From NCBI GenBank assembly GCA_046734515.1, contig JBKPRI010000189.1:1-50670 (forward strand): 50,670 nt of DNA. Reading direction: 5' to 3'. The translations under genes were made by a program, and so were the position numbers. The notes under the pieces were generated by a model that ran no database searches, was not told where the DNA came from, and saw nothing but the letters and a program-made list of their open reading frames with translations. The stretch comes from Candidatus Methylomirabilota bacterium. GTDB lineage: Bacteria; Methylomirabilota; Methylomirabilia; Rokubacteriales; CSP1-6. Of this stretch, positions 9,394 to 19,044 are shown in pieces (position 1 is the first letter of the stretch; the number at the start of each line of letters is the position of its first letter).

Positions 9394-9774
9394 ATGGACG
9401 ACTCGCTCGCGCGGCGTCGCATCCTGATCGTGGACGACCATCCCGACACGCTCGACATGCTCAGCCAGGCGTGCGAGGCGAACGGCGCCCAGGTGCAGAC
9501 GGCGCTCTCGGCGCGCGCCGCCCTCGAGCTGCTGACGGCCCAGCCGCCTCACGTGTTGATCACCGACATCGGTCTGCGCGGCGAGGACGGCGTGTGGCTG
9601 CTGGGCGAGGTGCGGCGCGGCCATCCCACGCTGCCCGTCATCGCCCTCACCGGCCGCAGCCCGGAGGACGCGCTGGCCGCCGGCTTCGACGCCGTCCTGC
9701 TGAAGCCGACCGATCCCTGGCAGCTCTGCGACGAGATCCGCCGCGTGCTGGGGGAGCACTCGACCACCCGCTAG
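9394..9774 (+). CDS. single-domain response regulator (CheY-like receiver)
   Basis: 126 aa. Receiver features are present: RILIVDDHPD, phospho-acceptor context VLITDIGL, LTG, and LLKP (conserved Lys). Confidence 0.9.
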   Translation: MDDSLARRRILIVDDHPDTLDMLSQACEANGAQVQTALSARAALELLTAQPPHVLITDIGLRGEDGVWLLGEVRRGHPTLPVIALTGRSPEDALAAGFDAVLLKPTDPWQLCDEIRRVLGEHSTTR

Positions 9775-10889
9775 ACGTAGACCCGCGGCACCCGCGTGTT
9801 GATGTTGGTCAGCACCTCGTAGGGAATGGTGCCGGCCCAGCCGGCCACGTCCTCGCAGGTGATCAGCGCCTCGCCGTCGGTCCCCAGCAGCGTGACCGGA
9901 TCGCCGTTGTAGGCCGTGTCCCACTCGATGTTCACCATGATCTGGTCCATGCACACGCGGCCGACGACCGGATACTTCTTGCCGCGGATGAGCACCTGCG
10001 CCGTGTTGGACAGTGCGCGGAAGTAGCCGTCGCCATACCCCACGGGAACGGTGACCACGCGTACCTGGTGATCGCTCTGCCAGGTCGAGCCGTAGCTGAC
10101 CGGGTGGCCGGGCCTGACCACCTTGAAGTACACGACACGCGACTTCCAGGACAGCGCCGGCCGCACCGCGATGGTCTTCCGGACCTCCATGGAGGGATAG
10201 ACGCCGTACAGCAGGATGCCGGGGCGCACGAGGTCGAGATAGCTCTCGGGCAGCTGTAATACTGCGCCGGAATTCGCCATGTGCCGGACCGGCGGCCGCA
10301 CGCCGTGCTTGTCGTACCACTGCAGGACCTCCAGAAACCGCTCGAGCTGCACGCGGGCGGAGCCGAGGTCGGAGGCGTCCGCGTTGGCGAAGTGCGAGTA
10401 GATGCCTTCGACATCCGAGTGGCGGCCATCGCCGGCGCGCTCCAGGAGCTTCTCGGCGCTGTACCAGTGCACGCCGATCCGCTCCATGCCGGTGTCGATC
10501 TTGAGATGGACCCTGGCGCGCACGCCCAGCTCGCGGGCGGCGTCGTCGATGGCGCGCAGCTTGTCGATCGACGAGGCGGTCAGCGTGAGCCCGTGACGCA
10601 GGAAGATGGGGATCTGGTCGCCGAGGATGCCGCCCATGACGAGGATCGGCACGGTGATGCCCGCCTCGCGCAACGCCACGGCTTCCTCGAGGAACGCCAC
10701 CCCGAACGAGGTGACGCCGAGCCCCGCGAGATGACGGGCGACCGCGATCATGCCGTGGCCGTACGCGTTGGCCTTGAGGATGGGCATCACCACGGCCGGC
10801 GCCACCGCCGCGGCGATGGCGCGGTAATTTTCGGCCAGCCGCGCCAGGCTGACCTCGACCACGGTGGGCCGTCCGACGTCGTCCGTCAT
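9771..10889 (-). CDS. alr: alanine racemase
   Basis: This is the last 372 codons of track ORF 9771..12143: MTDDVGRPTVVEVSLARLAENYRAI...VMPILKANAYGHG (PLP-Lys motif)...VPVGYGDGY...GRVCMDQ. The ATG 10889-10887 overlaps the dctM stop (ATGA). Confidence 0.92.
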   Translation of the reverse strand: MTDDVGRPTVVEVSLARLAENYRAIAAAVAPAVVMPILKANAYGHGMIAVARHLAGLGVTSFGVAFLEEAVALREAGITVPILVMGGILGDQIPIFLRHGLTLTASSIDKLRAIDDAARELGVRARVHLKIDTGMERIGVHWYSAEKLLERAGDGRHSDVEGIYSHFANADASDLGSARVQLERFLEVLQWYDKHGVRPPVRHMANSGAVLQLPESYLDLVRPGILLYGVYPSMEVRKTIAVRPALSWKSRVVYFKVVRPGHPVSYGSTWQSDHQVRVVTVPVGYGDGYFRALSNTAQVLIRGKKYPVVGRVCMDQIMVNIEWDTAYNGDPVTLLGTDGEALITCEDVAGWAGTIPYEVLTNINTRVPRVYV

Positions 10890-12184
10890 CGCATGAAGCT
10901 GGGCAGCCACAGCGCCAGGATGGGGAAGGCGACCAGAATGGCCAGCCGCAGCACGTCGGCCCACATGAACGGCAGCACGCCGCTGAAGATGGTGGCCGTG
11001 CTCAGCTCGGGGATGAGCGTGCGCAGTACGAACATGTTCATGCCCACCGGCGGGCTGATGAGCCCGATCTCCACCACGCACACGATGATGATCCCGAACC
11101 AGATCGGGTCGAAGCCCAGGTGCACGATCACCGGGAAGAAGACCGGGATCGTCAGCAGGATCATCGACAACTCCTCCATGGCGGTGCCCAGCACCACGTA
11201 GATCGCGCAGATGGCCGCCACCACCACGGTCGGCCCCACGTTGAAGCGCGTGACGAACGCCTTGAGGTCGGCGGGCATCGTCGTGATGTTGACGAACTCG
11301 GCGAAGATGAGGGCGCCGATGAGGATCATGAACAGCATGGCGGTGGTCCGCGCGCTCTCCAGCAGCGCGGCATAGAGCGTGGTCCACGTGAGCGCGCGGC
11401 GCCAGAGCGCGAACACCATGGCGCCGAAGGCCCCCATGGCCGCGCCCTCGGTGGCGGTGAAGAACCCGCCGTAGATGCCGCCCATCACGAAGAGGAACAG
11501 CACCGCCACCGCCCACACGTCCTTGAGCGCCCGGAACCGCTCGCGCCAGGTCGAGCGCTCGCCGCGCGGGCCGCTGGCAGGATCGCGCCAGGTCATGTAC
11601 TGCACGGCGCCGCAGAGCAGGATCGCCCCGAGAATGCCCGGGATGATGCCGGCCGCGAAGAGCTTTCCGATGTTGGTCTCGGTGAAGATGCCGTAGATCA
11701 CCATGATGGTCGAGGGCGGGATCATGATTCCCAGCGTGCCGCCCCCCGCCACCACCCCGGCGGCCAGCCGGTCGGAGTAGCCGAACTTCTTCATGGACGG
11801 ATAGGCCACCTTGGCGAAGGTGGCCGCGGTGGCGATCGAGGAGCCGCAGATGCCGCCGAAGCCGGCCGAGGCCCACACGGTGGCCATGGCGAGGCCGCCG
11901 CGCAGGTGGCCGATGAACGCGTAGGCCGCCCGGAAGAGCTCGTTCGACATGCCGGCCCGCGTGACGAAGTTGCCCATGAGGATGAAGAGCGGCACCACCG
12001 ACAGCGTGTAGTTGCGGCCCGTCTCGTAGAGCTTGGTCTGCACGGTCGCGAACGCCACCGCCCAGTTCCAGTCCCGCATGTACGCGTAGCCGACCATGCC
12101 CACGATGGCCATCGAGAACGCGATGGGCACGCGCAGGAAGCACAGCGCCATCATGAGGAGGAGCCCGACGAGGCCCTCGATCAT
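10886..12184 (-). CDS. dctM: TRAP transporter large permease
   Basis: Track ORF 10886..12334 trimmed to MIEGLVGLLLMMALCFLRVPIAF... (432 aa, polytopic, typical DctM). The ATG overlaps the dctQ stop (ATGA). Confidence 0.9.
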   Translation of the reverse strand: MIEGLVGLLLMMALCFLRVPIAFSMAIVGMVGYAYMRDWNWAVAFATVQTKLYETGRNYTLSVVPLFILMGNFVTRAGMSNELFRAAYAFIGHLRGGLAMATVWASAGFGGICGSSIATAATFAKVAYPSMKKFGYSDRLAAGVVAGGGTLGIMIPPSTIMVIYGIFTETNIGKLFAAGIIPGILGAILLCGAVQYMTWRDPASGPRGERSTWRERFRALKDVWAVAVLFLFVMGGIYGGFFTATEGAAMGAFGAMVFALWRRALTWTTLYAALLESARTTAMLFMILIGALIFAEFVNITTMPADLKAFVTRFNVGPTVVVAAICAIYVVLGTAMEELSMILLTIPVFFPVIVHLGFDPIWFGIIIVCVVEIGLISPPVGMNMFVLRTLIPELSTATIFSGVLPFMWADVLRLAILVAFPILALWLPSFMR

Positions 12185-12654
12185 CCGCGCTCCACGGTCT
12201 TGTAGAGGTGGATGAGCCCGGCCAGGGCCAGCGTGAGCACCATGAAGTAGACGAACGGCCCGTACAGGATGCGCAGCACGTCGGTGGCGTCGCGGTAGGC
12301 CCAAATGCGGTCGGCCTTCAGCCACATGAGCCACGTGAGCAGGAACATGAAGGCCGCGCTCACCACGTGCACGACGCGCTGGAGCGCGCGCCGGCCGCGC
12401 GGGCCGAGCAGACGGTCCACGAAGTCCATCACGGCGTGCTCGTCGGAAAAGGACACCAGCGGCAGGCCGGCGAAGATGAGCACCACCAGCATGAGCTCGG
12501 TCACCTCGAACGCCCCGCGCACCGGCATCTTGAGGCGGTAGCGGGCCACCACGTCGACCACGGTGAGCAGCATCATGGCGAGGAGCACGACGGAAGCGGC
12601 GACGCCGAGCAGTGCGTCGGTGCGCCGCTTCCAGTCGGGAGCGGGCGCGGTCAC
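12181..12654 (-). CDS. dctQ: TRAP transporter small permease
   Basis: 157 aa with four hydrophobic segments. The GTG start overlaps the dctP stop (GTGA). Confidence 0.85.
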   Translation of the reverse strand: MTAPAPDWKRRTDALLGVAASVVLLAMMLLTVVDVVARYRLKMPVRGAFEVTELMLVVLIFAGLPLVSFSDEHAVMDFVDRLLGPRGRRALQRVVHVVSAAFMFLLTWLMWLKADRIWAYRDATDVLRILYGPFVYFMVLTLALAGLIHLYKTVERG

Positions 12655-13676
12655 TTCGAGGCGGGGACCTTCTTCAGCTCGTCACGGAACTCGGCGAGGA
12701 CCTTGGCGCCGTCCACGCCCTTGGCGCCCGCGGCCTGCACCCACTCGTCGACGATCGGCGCCGAGCGCTTCTTCACCTCGGCCACGAACTCGGAGTTGGC
12801 GTTGACGATCTTGACGCCGGACTTCTTCAGCGCCTCCATCCCCTTGCGGTCGGCCTCGTCCCAGGAGGCGCCGGCCAGCCGCGCGATGTGCTCGCCGGAG
12901 ATCTTCTCGATGGCGTCCTGGTCCTGCTTGGGCAGCTTGTTCCACTTGTCCTCGTTCATGAAGAAGCCGAAGGCGGAGCTGTACATGCCGCCGGGAAACA
13001 GCGTGGCCTGCTCCAGCACCGTGTCGAGCTTGAACGAGATGATCGACTCCAGCGGGAAGAACACGCCGTCGGCCACGCCCGAGCTCAGCAGCTCGTAGGA
13101 CTCCGGCGCCGGCTTCACGAACGCGGAGGCGCCCAGGGCCTTGGCGACCTTCTCGGCGATGCCGCCGCCGGTGCGGATCTTGAGCCCCTGCACGTCGGCG
13201 ATGGAGCGCACCGGCTTCTTGGTGAACATCTGGCCGGGGCCGTGCGTGAACACGCCCAGCAGCTTCACGCCCTTGTACTCGCCGACCTTGTGGAAGTGCT
13301 TCCAGTAGACGCGCGAGTACGCGATGGAGTTGGCCAGCGCGGTGTCGCCGCCGCCGGGGAGCTCGGGCAGGAGCGGCAGGAGGTGGCGGGCCGGCGTGTA
13401 GCTGGCCGTCACGAAGGAGAGGTCGACGAGCCCGTCGCGCACGGCGTCGAAGGTGCCGGGCGGCGCCGAGGGATGCTTGGGCAGCATCGTGAACTTCACG
13501 CGCCCGCCGGTCGCCTTCTCGACCTCGGTCGCCCAACCCTGCAGCACGTTGGCCGTGAGGTGATGCTGCGGTGAGACCCACGATGACATCGTCAGCGTGG
13601 TGGTCTGGGCCAGGGCGGGCACCGCGGTGAGGACGACCACCAGCGCGGCGAGCGCGAGCGTACGGACTTGCGGCAT
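12651..13676 (-). CDS. dctP: TRAP transporter substrate-binding protein
   Basis: Track ORF 12651..14030 trimmed to MPQVRTLALAALVVVLTAVPALAQTTTLTMSSW... (341 aa, signal peptide, DctP-type). GGGAGG lies 5 nt upstream of ATG 13676. Confidence 0.9.
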   Translation of the reverse strand: MPQVRTLALAALVVVLTAVPALAQTTTLTMSSWVSPQHHLTANVLQGWATEVEKATGGRVKFTMLPKHPSAPPGTFDAVRDGLVDLSFVTASYTPARHLLPLLPELPGGGDTALANSIAYSRVYWKHFHKVGEYKGVKLLGVFTHGPGQMFTKKPVRSIADVQGLKIRTGGGIAEKVAKALGASAFVKPAPESYELLSSGVADGVFFPLESIISFKLDTVLEQATLFPGGMYSSAFGFFMNEDKWNKLPKQDQDAIEKISGEHIARLAGASWDEADRKGMEALKKSGVKIVNANSEFVAEVKKRSAPIVDEWVQAAGAKGVDGAKVLAEFRDELKKVPASK

Positions 13677-13740
13677 GTCGACCTCCCGTCGCAGCGAATA
13701 CGTGCGCCGGTAGTCTAACAGCCCGCGCGGGAAATCCTTC

Positions 13741-14148
13741 CTACCTGAGCCGGATCTTGCCGCCCGGGGGCATGCCGCCGGGGCCGCCCATCGGATCGAA
13801 GCCGCCGGGGATGCGATCGGGCGTGATGATCGAGGACGACGCCTCGCGATGCAGCCGCTCGATCTCGCGCCGGGTGCGCTCCACGGCCTCGTTGGCGCCC
13901 GCCGCGAACTTCTCCACGGCGTCGGCCAGCGTGGTGGCCTCGATCTGGAAGGCCAGCGGCAGCAGGCCGCCGGAGGTGAGGAGCTGCGTCTCGCCGACGT
14001 AGATGACGGGCCGGCTGGAGTCGGTTCCACCGAGGCTCGTGACCGGGGTCATGACGCGGATCGTCCCGATCTTCCGGTCGGTGTACACGTCCTCCCGGTA
14101 CAGGTTGGTGCCATCCATCTTGAGGTCGGCGGGGTTCATGGTGCTCAT
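13741..14148 (-). CDS. conserved hypothetical protein with Gly/Pro-rich C-terminal tail
   Basis: 135 aa: MSTMNPADLKMDGTNLYREDVYTDRKIGTIRVMTPV...GGFDPMGGPGGMPPGGKIRLR. The frame has good GC3. I recognise no family. TATCCT lies 7 nt upstream of the ATG. Confidence 0.6.
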   Translation of the reverse strand: MSTMNPADLKMDGTNLYREDVYTDRKIGTIRVMTPVTSLGGTDSSRPVIYVGETQLLTSGGLLPLAFQIEATTLADAVEKFAAGANEAVERTRREIERLHREASSSIITPDRIPGGFDPMGGPGGMPPGGKIRLR

Positions 14149-14169
14149 GGGGCTGAGGATACCTCATTC

Positions 14170-14198
14170 TTGACAGCGCTTCCCGGCCACGGTACGAC
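14170..14198 (+). promoter_or_regulatory. candidate sigma70 promoter (TTGACA-N17-TACGAC) for the 14217 operon
   Basis: TTGACA at 14170-14175, a 17-nt spacer, and TACGAC at 14193-14198. These are followed by a GGAGG SD and ATG 14217. Confidence 0.3.
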
Positions 14199-14216
14199 AG
14201 CGCCCGGAGGGCCCCC

Positions 14217-15878
14217 ATGAAGATCCAGGCGGTGAACGGCATCGCGCGCATCCTCAAGGCCGAAGGCATCCCGTGGGTGAGCTGCTATCCCACCTCGCCG
14301 GTCAACAACGCCCTCGGCGAGGAAGGCGTGCCCATCCTGATGATGGGCGAGGAGCGCTTCGCCGTGGCCGTCGCCGACGCGTTCTCGCGCGTGACGTGCG
14401 GCAAGCAGATCGGCGCTTGCACGGTGATGGCCGGGCTCAACGCGGCCGGCATCCAGATGGCCTACGGCGCGGTCGCGCAGGCCTGGGAGGACTCCTCGCC
14501 GCTGCTGGTCATGGCGGAAGGCGTCGGCGCCGGCGCCACGCGCCACACGCACTACGACATCGGCGCGGCGTTCAAGTCGGTGACGAAGTGGGTGGGCGAG
14601 ATCGGCCGCGCGGATCAGGTGCCCGACTACGTGCGGCGCGCCTTCACGCACCTGCGCTCGGGCCGGCCCGGTCCCGTGCTCCTGCTGATCCCGCGCGACC
14701 TCGGCGAATACGACGAGGCCGAGCATCCGTACGCGCCGGTGAAGGGCTGGCGCTCGGGGCCCGATCCCGAGGACGTCACCAGCGCCATCAAGGTACTGCT
14801 GGCCGCGAAGCATCCCCTGCTCCACGTCGGCGAGGGCGTCCTCTACGCCGACGCCACCGCCGAGCTGCTGCACTTCGCCGAGGCGGCCCAGGTGCCGGTG
14901 ATGACCACGCTCAAGGCCAAGGGGGCGTTCCCCGAGAACCACCCGCTGTCCGTCGGCGTGCGCGGCGCGATGACCGAGCACTACCTGCGCGGCTGCGACG
15001 TGCTGTTCTCCATCGGCTCCAGCCTCTTCCCGAACCGCTTCAGCCACGCGGTGCCGGAGGCCGACAAGAAGACGATCGTGCAGTGCACGGTCGATCTGCT
15101 CGACATCAACCGCTCCTACGAGACTCGTCACGCGGTGATCGGCGACGCCCGGCTGACGCTGCAGGCGCTGATCGAGGAGCTGAGCAAGCGCGGCGGCGTG
15201 GCGAAGAAGCCGGCGCTGCTCGAGGAGATCCGCGGGCACAAGCAGGCGTTCATGGCGAAGTTCCAGCCGTGGCTGACGTCGAACGACACGCCGATCAATC
15301 CCTACCGCGTGCTCGGCGACCTCATGAAGGTGCTCGACCCCAAGAGCTCGTTCGTCACCGCGGACTCGGGCAACACGCGCGATCAGACGAGCACGGTGTA
15401 CGAGACGCACATCCCGCGCGGGTTCCTCGGCTGGGGCAACGTCTCCACGCTGGGCTTCAGCCTGGCCGGCGCGGTCGGCGCCAAGCTCGCCTACCCGAAC
15501 CGCCAGTCCGTGCTCGTCACCGGCGACGCGGGCGTCTGCTACATGATGGGCAACTTCGAGGCGGTGGCGCGGTACAAGATCGGCGTCACGGTGCTCCACA
15601 TCAACAACGGCGGCTACTCGGGTTACGGCCCCGGCTTCTGGGGGGCCGGGCACGATCCCTACACGTGGAAGGTGTCCGACCACGGGACGGCGTGCATGGC
15701 GAACATGGCCAAGGCCGTCGGCTTCCACGCCGAAGACGTGGCGCAGCCGAGCGAGATCATCCCGGCGCTGAAGCGGGCGCTCGACGAGAATGCCAAGGGA
15801 CGGCCGGCCTTCATCGAATTCCAGGCCTCGCACCACCCGGTTCACGGCGGCTGGGTACGCGCCGGCGGAGGGCACTAG
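14217..15878 (+). CDS. thiamine-pyrophosphate-dependent enzyme (acetolactate synthase / sulfoacetaldehyde acetyltransferase-like)
   Basis: 553 aa with three-domain ThDP-enzyme architecture. The ThDP/Mg motif is GDAGVCYMMGNFEAVARYKIGVTVLHINNGGY. Confidence 0.85.
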   Translation: MKIQAVNGIARILKAEGIPWVSCYPTSPVNNALGEEGVPILMMGEERFAVAVADAFSRVTCGKQIGACTVMAGLNAAGIQMAYGAVAQAWEDSSPLLVMAEGVGAGATRHTHYDIGAAFKSVTKWVGEIGRADQVPDYVRRAFTHLRSGRPGPVLLLIPRDLGEYDEAEHPYAPVKGWRSGPDPEDVTSAIKVLLAAKHPLLHVGEGVLYADATAELLHFAEAAQVPVMTTLKAKGAFPENHPLSVGVRGAMTEHYLRGCDVLFSIGSSLFPNRFSHAVPEADKKTIVQCTVDLLDINRSYETRHAVIGDARLTLQALIEELSKRGGVAKKPALLEEIRGHKQAFMAKFQPWLTSNDTPINPYRVLGDLMKVLDPKSSFVTADSGNTRDQTSTVYETHIPRGFLGWGNVSTLGFSLAGAVGAKLAYPNRQSVLVTGDAGVCYMMGNFEAVARYKIGVTVLHINNGGYSGYGPGFWGAGHDPYTWKVSDHGTACMANMAKAVGFHAEDVAQPSEIIPALKRALDENAKGRPAFIEFQASHHPVHGGWVRAGGGH

Positions 15879-15879
15879 A

Positions 15880-17103
15880 ATGCTTCGCACGCTGCTCTTC
15901 CTCTTCCTGTTCGCCGTCGGCGTGGCGCCGGCCGCCGCCGGCGAGCTCGAGCGTGTGACGCCCGAGCAAGTCGGTCTCTCCTCCGAACGGCTGGAGCGCA
16001 TCACCCAGACGCTGCGCGCCGACGTCGAGCGCGGTCGCATCCCGGGCGCGGTGGTCATCGTCGCGCGCAAGGACCGCATCGCCTATGCGCGGGCGATCGG
16101 CTTCCGCGACAAGGCGGCCGCCGCGGTCATGACGCCCGATACGATGTTCCGCATCGCGTCCATGACGAAGCCGCTGGTGACCGTGGCGGCGCTCTCGCTC
16201 TACGAGGAAGGGCGTTTGTTCCTGAGCGATCCCGTGTCGAAGTACATTCCCGCGCTCAAGAACCAGACGGTCGGTCTCGAGCGCGCGCCGGCGCAGCGCG
16301 AGATGACCATCCAGGACCTGATGCGTCACACCTCGGGCCTCACCTACGGCAACCGCGGGACGACCGAGCTGTACAAGCTCTACCCCGAGTCCTCGAACGC
16401 GGCCTCCCTGACCCTGACGATGGACGAGTTCATCGCGACGCTCAGCAAGGCGCCGCTGCTCCACCAGCCGGGCACGCAGTGGGAGTACAGCCTGTCCACC
16501 GACGTGCTCGGCCGCGTGGTGGAAGTCGTGGCCGGCAAGCCGCTGGGCGAGGTCCTGGCCGAGCGGGTGTATGGGCCCCTCAAGATGTCCGACACGACGT
16601 TCCTGGTGCCGGCCGACAAGAGTGGCCGCGTGGCGCAGGCGTTGCCGGCGCATCCCGACACCGGCGCGCCCTATCCCCTGGCCGATCCCACGAAGCCGCG
16701 AAAGTTCGACTGCGGCGGAGGCTGCGCCGTCTCGACCGCCGGCGATTACGCGCGCTTCGCGCAGATGCTGCTCAACCGCGGCACGCTCGACGGCGTGCGA
16801 GTGCTGGCGCCGAAGACCGTGCAGCTGATGACCGCCGATCACCTCGGCCCCATCGCCCGCGGTCCGGTCTACTATGCCGGCCCCGGCTACACGTGGGGCC
16901 TGGGGCTCGCCGTTCGTCAGGAGAACGGTCTCTCGCCACTGGCGGGCTCGGCCGGCGATTTCTTCTGGCCCGGCGCCTACGCGACGTACTGGTGGGCCGA
17001 CCCCAAGGCGGAGCTGGTCGTCGTCTCGATGCTCCAGTCGCCCCTCGGGCGTCACTACCAGGAGCTGCTGCGCGCGCTCGTCAATCAGGCCATCGTGGAG
17101 TAG
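15880..17103 (+). CDS. serine hydrolase, class C beta-lactamase/esterase family (secreted)
   Basis: Track ORF 15790..17103 trimmed to MLRTLLFLFLFAVGVAPAAAGE.. (signal peptide). The SxxK motif is SMTK and a Tyr motif YGN is present. The ATG lies 1 nt after the upstream stop. Confidence 0.85.
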   Translation: MLRTLLFLFLFAVGVAPAAAGELERVTPEQVGLSSERLERITQTLRADVERGRIPGAVVIVARKDRIAYARAIGFRDKAAAAVMTPDTMFRIASMTKPLVTVAALSLYEEGRLFLSDPVSKYIPALKNQTVGLERAPAQREMTIQDLMRHTSGLTYGNRGTTELYKLYPESSNAASLTLTMDEFIATLSKAPLLHQPGTQWEYSLSTDVLGRVVEVVAGKPLGEVLAERVYGPLKMSDTTFLVPADKSGRVAQALPAHPDTGAPYPLADPTKPRKFDCGGGCAVSTAGDYARFAQMLLNRGTLDGVRVLAPKTVQLMTADHLGPIARGPVYYAGPGYTWGLGLAVRQENGLSPLAGSAGDFFWPGAYATYWWADPKAELVVVSMLQSPLGRHYQELLRALVNQAIVE

Positions 17104-17107
17104 GCGC

Positions 17108-17917
17108 ATGCTCATCGTCGACGCGCAGGTTCACATCTGGTCGGGCGGCAAGCCGAGCAACGCCAATCACCGGCAGGTGACGACATTCACGGCCGAGGAG
17201 CTGCTGAAGGAGATGGACGAGGCCGGCGTGAACGCCGCCGTGATCCATCCACCCGCCTCGTGGGATCCCCACAGCAACGAGCTGGCGGTCGAGGCGGCAC
17301 GCCGGCACCCCGATCGCCTTGCCATCCTCGGCAACTTCCCGCTCGACAGGCCCGAGAACCACAAGCTGGTCGACACGTGGAAGCAGCGCCCGGGCATGCT
17401 GGGCCTGCGCTTCGCGCTCCTGCAGCCACAGCAGCAGACGTGGCTGACCGACGGCACGCTGGACTGGCTGTGGCCCGCTGCCGAGCGGGCCGGGCTGCCC
17501 GTGGCGCTCATCGGCGCAAACTTCGTGCAGGCGATGCCGAAGATCGCCGAGCGTCATCCCGGGCTCAAGCTCATCGTCGATCACTTCGGCCGGCCCGACG
17601 CGGCCTGGTCCAATCTGAACGAGGTGGTAGCGCTGGCGAAGTTTCCCAACGTCGCACTCAAGGCCACCGGCGCCCCGAGCTATTCCACCGATCCGTATCC
17701 CTACCGGAACATTCATGGCCACATCCGCCGGCTCTACGACGCGTTCGGCCCCGCGCGGATGTTCTGGGGCACCGACATCACGCGCATGCCGTGCTCCTGG
17801 CGGCAGTGCGTGACGATGTTCACCGAGGAGCTGCCGTGGCTGAAGGGCCGTGACCTCGAGCTGGTGATGGGCCGGGCGGTGTGCGACTGGCTCGGCTGGA
17901 CGCTGCCCGTGCGATGA
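17108..17917 (+). CDS. amidohydrolase-2 family metal-dependent hydrolase
   Basis: Track ORF 16874..17917 trimmed to MLIVDAQVHIW... (HxH-type metal motif). It has ..VDHFG.. and a C-terminal ..WGTD.. motif. Length is 269 aa. Confidence 0.8.
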   Translation: MLIVDAQVHIWSGGKPSNANHRQVTTFTAEELLKEMDEAGVNAAVIHPPASWDPHSNELAVEAARRHPDRLAILGNFPLDRPENHKLVDTWKQRPGMLGLRFALLQPQQQTWLTDGTLDWLWPAAERAGLPVALIGANFVQAMPKIAERHPGLKLIVDHFGRPDAAWSNLNEVVALAKFPNVALKATGAPSYSTDPYPYRNIHGHIRRLYDAFGPARMFWGTDITRMPCSWRQCVTMFTEELPWLKGRDLELVMGRAVCDWLGWTLPVR

Positions 17918-18897
17918 AGCGCGTCGACATCGACCGCTACGGCGCGCCCGAGGAGGTCGCCCGGTGCGTGGACGTGGCGGATGTCGGCGCACCGGGCGCC
18001 GGGGAGGTGGTCTTCGACGTCCTGCTCTTTCCGATCAATCCGGCCGACGTCTCGTTCTGCCGCGGCACCTACCGCCTGCGTCCGCCGCTGCCGGCCACGC
18101 CGGGCGCCGAGTGCGTGGGCCGCGTCACCGCCGTCGGCGCCGGCGTCGCGCACGTGAAGGCCGGCGACCTGGTCATCAACCTGCAGCGCGAGAACTGGGC
18201 GGAGCGCCGCCGCGTGAAGGCCGACGACGTGATCCTGGTGCCGGCCGGCACCGACCTGCCGCAGGCCGCGATGCTGCGTATCAACCCGCCGACGGCGCTG
18301 CTGCTCCTGAGCGACTTCGTCGAGCTGAAGCCGGGCGACTGGATCGTCCAGAACGTAGCCAACTCCGCGGTCGGCCGGCTGGTGATTCGCCTGGCGCGCG
18401 CACTCGGCGTGCGCACCCTCAACGTCGTGCGCCGCGAGTCGCTCTTCGCCGAGCTGACCGCGCTGGGCGCGGATGCGTGCATCGTGGACGGGCCCGATCT
18501 CGCCGCGCGCGCGACGGCGGCTACCGGCGGCGCTGCCGTGCGCCTCGCACTCGACGCCGTCTCCGGCCAGGCCACGGGACGCCTCTCGAGCTGCCTGACC
18601 GAGGGCGGCGTGGTGGTGAACTACGGGTCGATGAGCGGCGAGGACCCGGTGATGTCGCGCGCCGGGCTGATCGGCGGCGGTCAGAAGCTGGTGGGCTTCA
18701 TCCTCGGGCGTGGTCTCGCCACACGAACGCTCGATCAGGTGCGCGCGCTGTACGGAGAGCTCGGGCGCCAGGTGAAGGACGGCTACCTCGCGGCGCCGGT
18801 CGAGAAGATCTATCCGATCGAGGAGATCACCGCTGCGCTCGCCCACGCCCAGCGGGGCGAGCGCAGCGGCAAGATCCTCGTGGCGCCCAACGGCTAG
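17914..18897 (+). CDS. MDR-family NAD(P)H-dependent oxidoreductase (quinone oxidoreductase / enoyl reductase-like)
   Basis: Track ORF 17881..18897 trimmed to MKRVDIDRYGAPEEV... The ATG overlaps the upstream stop (ATGA). A GroES-like N-domain and a Rossmann segment VANSAVGRLVIRLAR are present. Confidence 0.85.
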   Translation: MKRVDIDRYGAPEEVARCVDVADVGAPGAGEVVFDVLLFPINPADVSFCRGTYRLRPPLPATPGAECVGRVTAVGAGVAHVKAGDLVINLQRENWAERRRVKADDVILVPAGTDLPQAAMLRINPPTALLLLSDFVELKPGDWIVQNVANSAVGRLVIRLARALGVRTLNVVRRESLFAELTALGADACIVDGPDLAARATAATGGAAVRLALDAVSGQATGRLSSCLTEGGVVVNYGSMSGEDPVMSRAGLIGGGQKLVGFILGRGLATRTLDQVRALYGELGRQVKDGYLAAPVEKIYPIEEITAALAHAQRGERSGKILVAPNG

Positions 18898-18903
18898 CGT
18901 CGA

Positions 18904-19017
18904 TCAGAAGTCCTTCGGCTCTCCGCCCGCCTTGCGCACTCCGCCCTTCACCTTGGCGCCGCCCTTCACGTTCAGGTCCTGGACCTTCTTGCCGCCGGTC
19001 TTCTTGGTCGTGCCCAT
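18904..19017 (-). CDS. small ORF A: 37-aa Lys-rich peptide (MGTTKKTGGKKVQDLNVKGGAKVKGGVRKAGGEPKDF)
   Basis: Below the 60-aa track cutoff and found by manual translation. The start is ATG 19017-19015, with GAGGAG 10 nt upstream and a TGA stop at 18906-18904. 35 of 37 codons end in G/C. It shares the KK-V-x-DL-x-VK..GG motif with ORFs B and C. Confidence 0.6.
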   Translation of the reverse strand: MGTTKKTGGKKVQDLNVKGGAKVKGGVRKAGGEPKDF

Positions 19018-19044
19018 CGCCGTCTGTCTCCTCAAGGATGGCTG

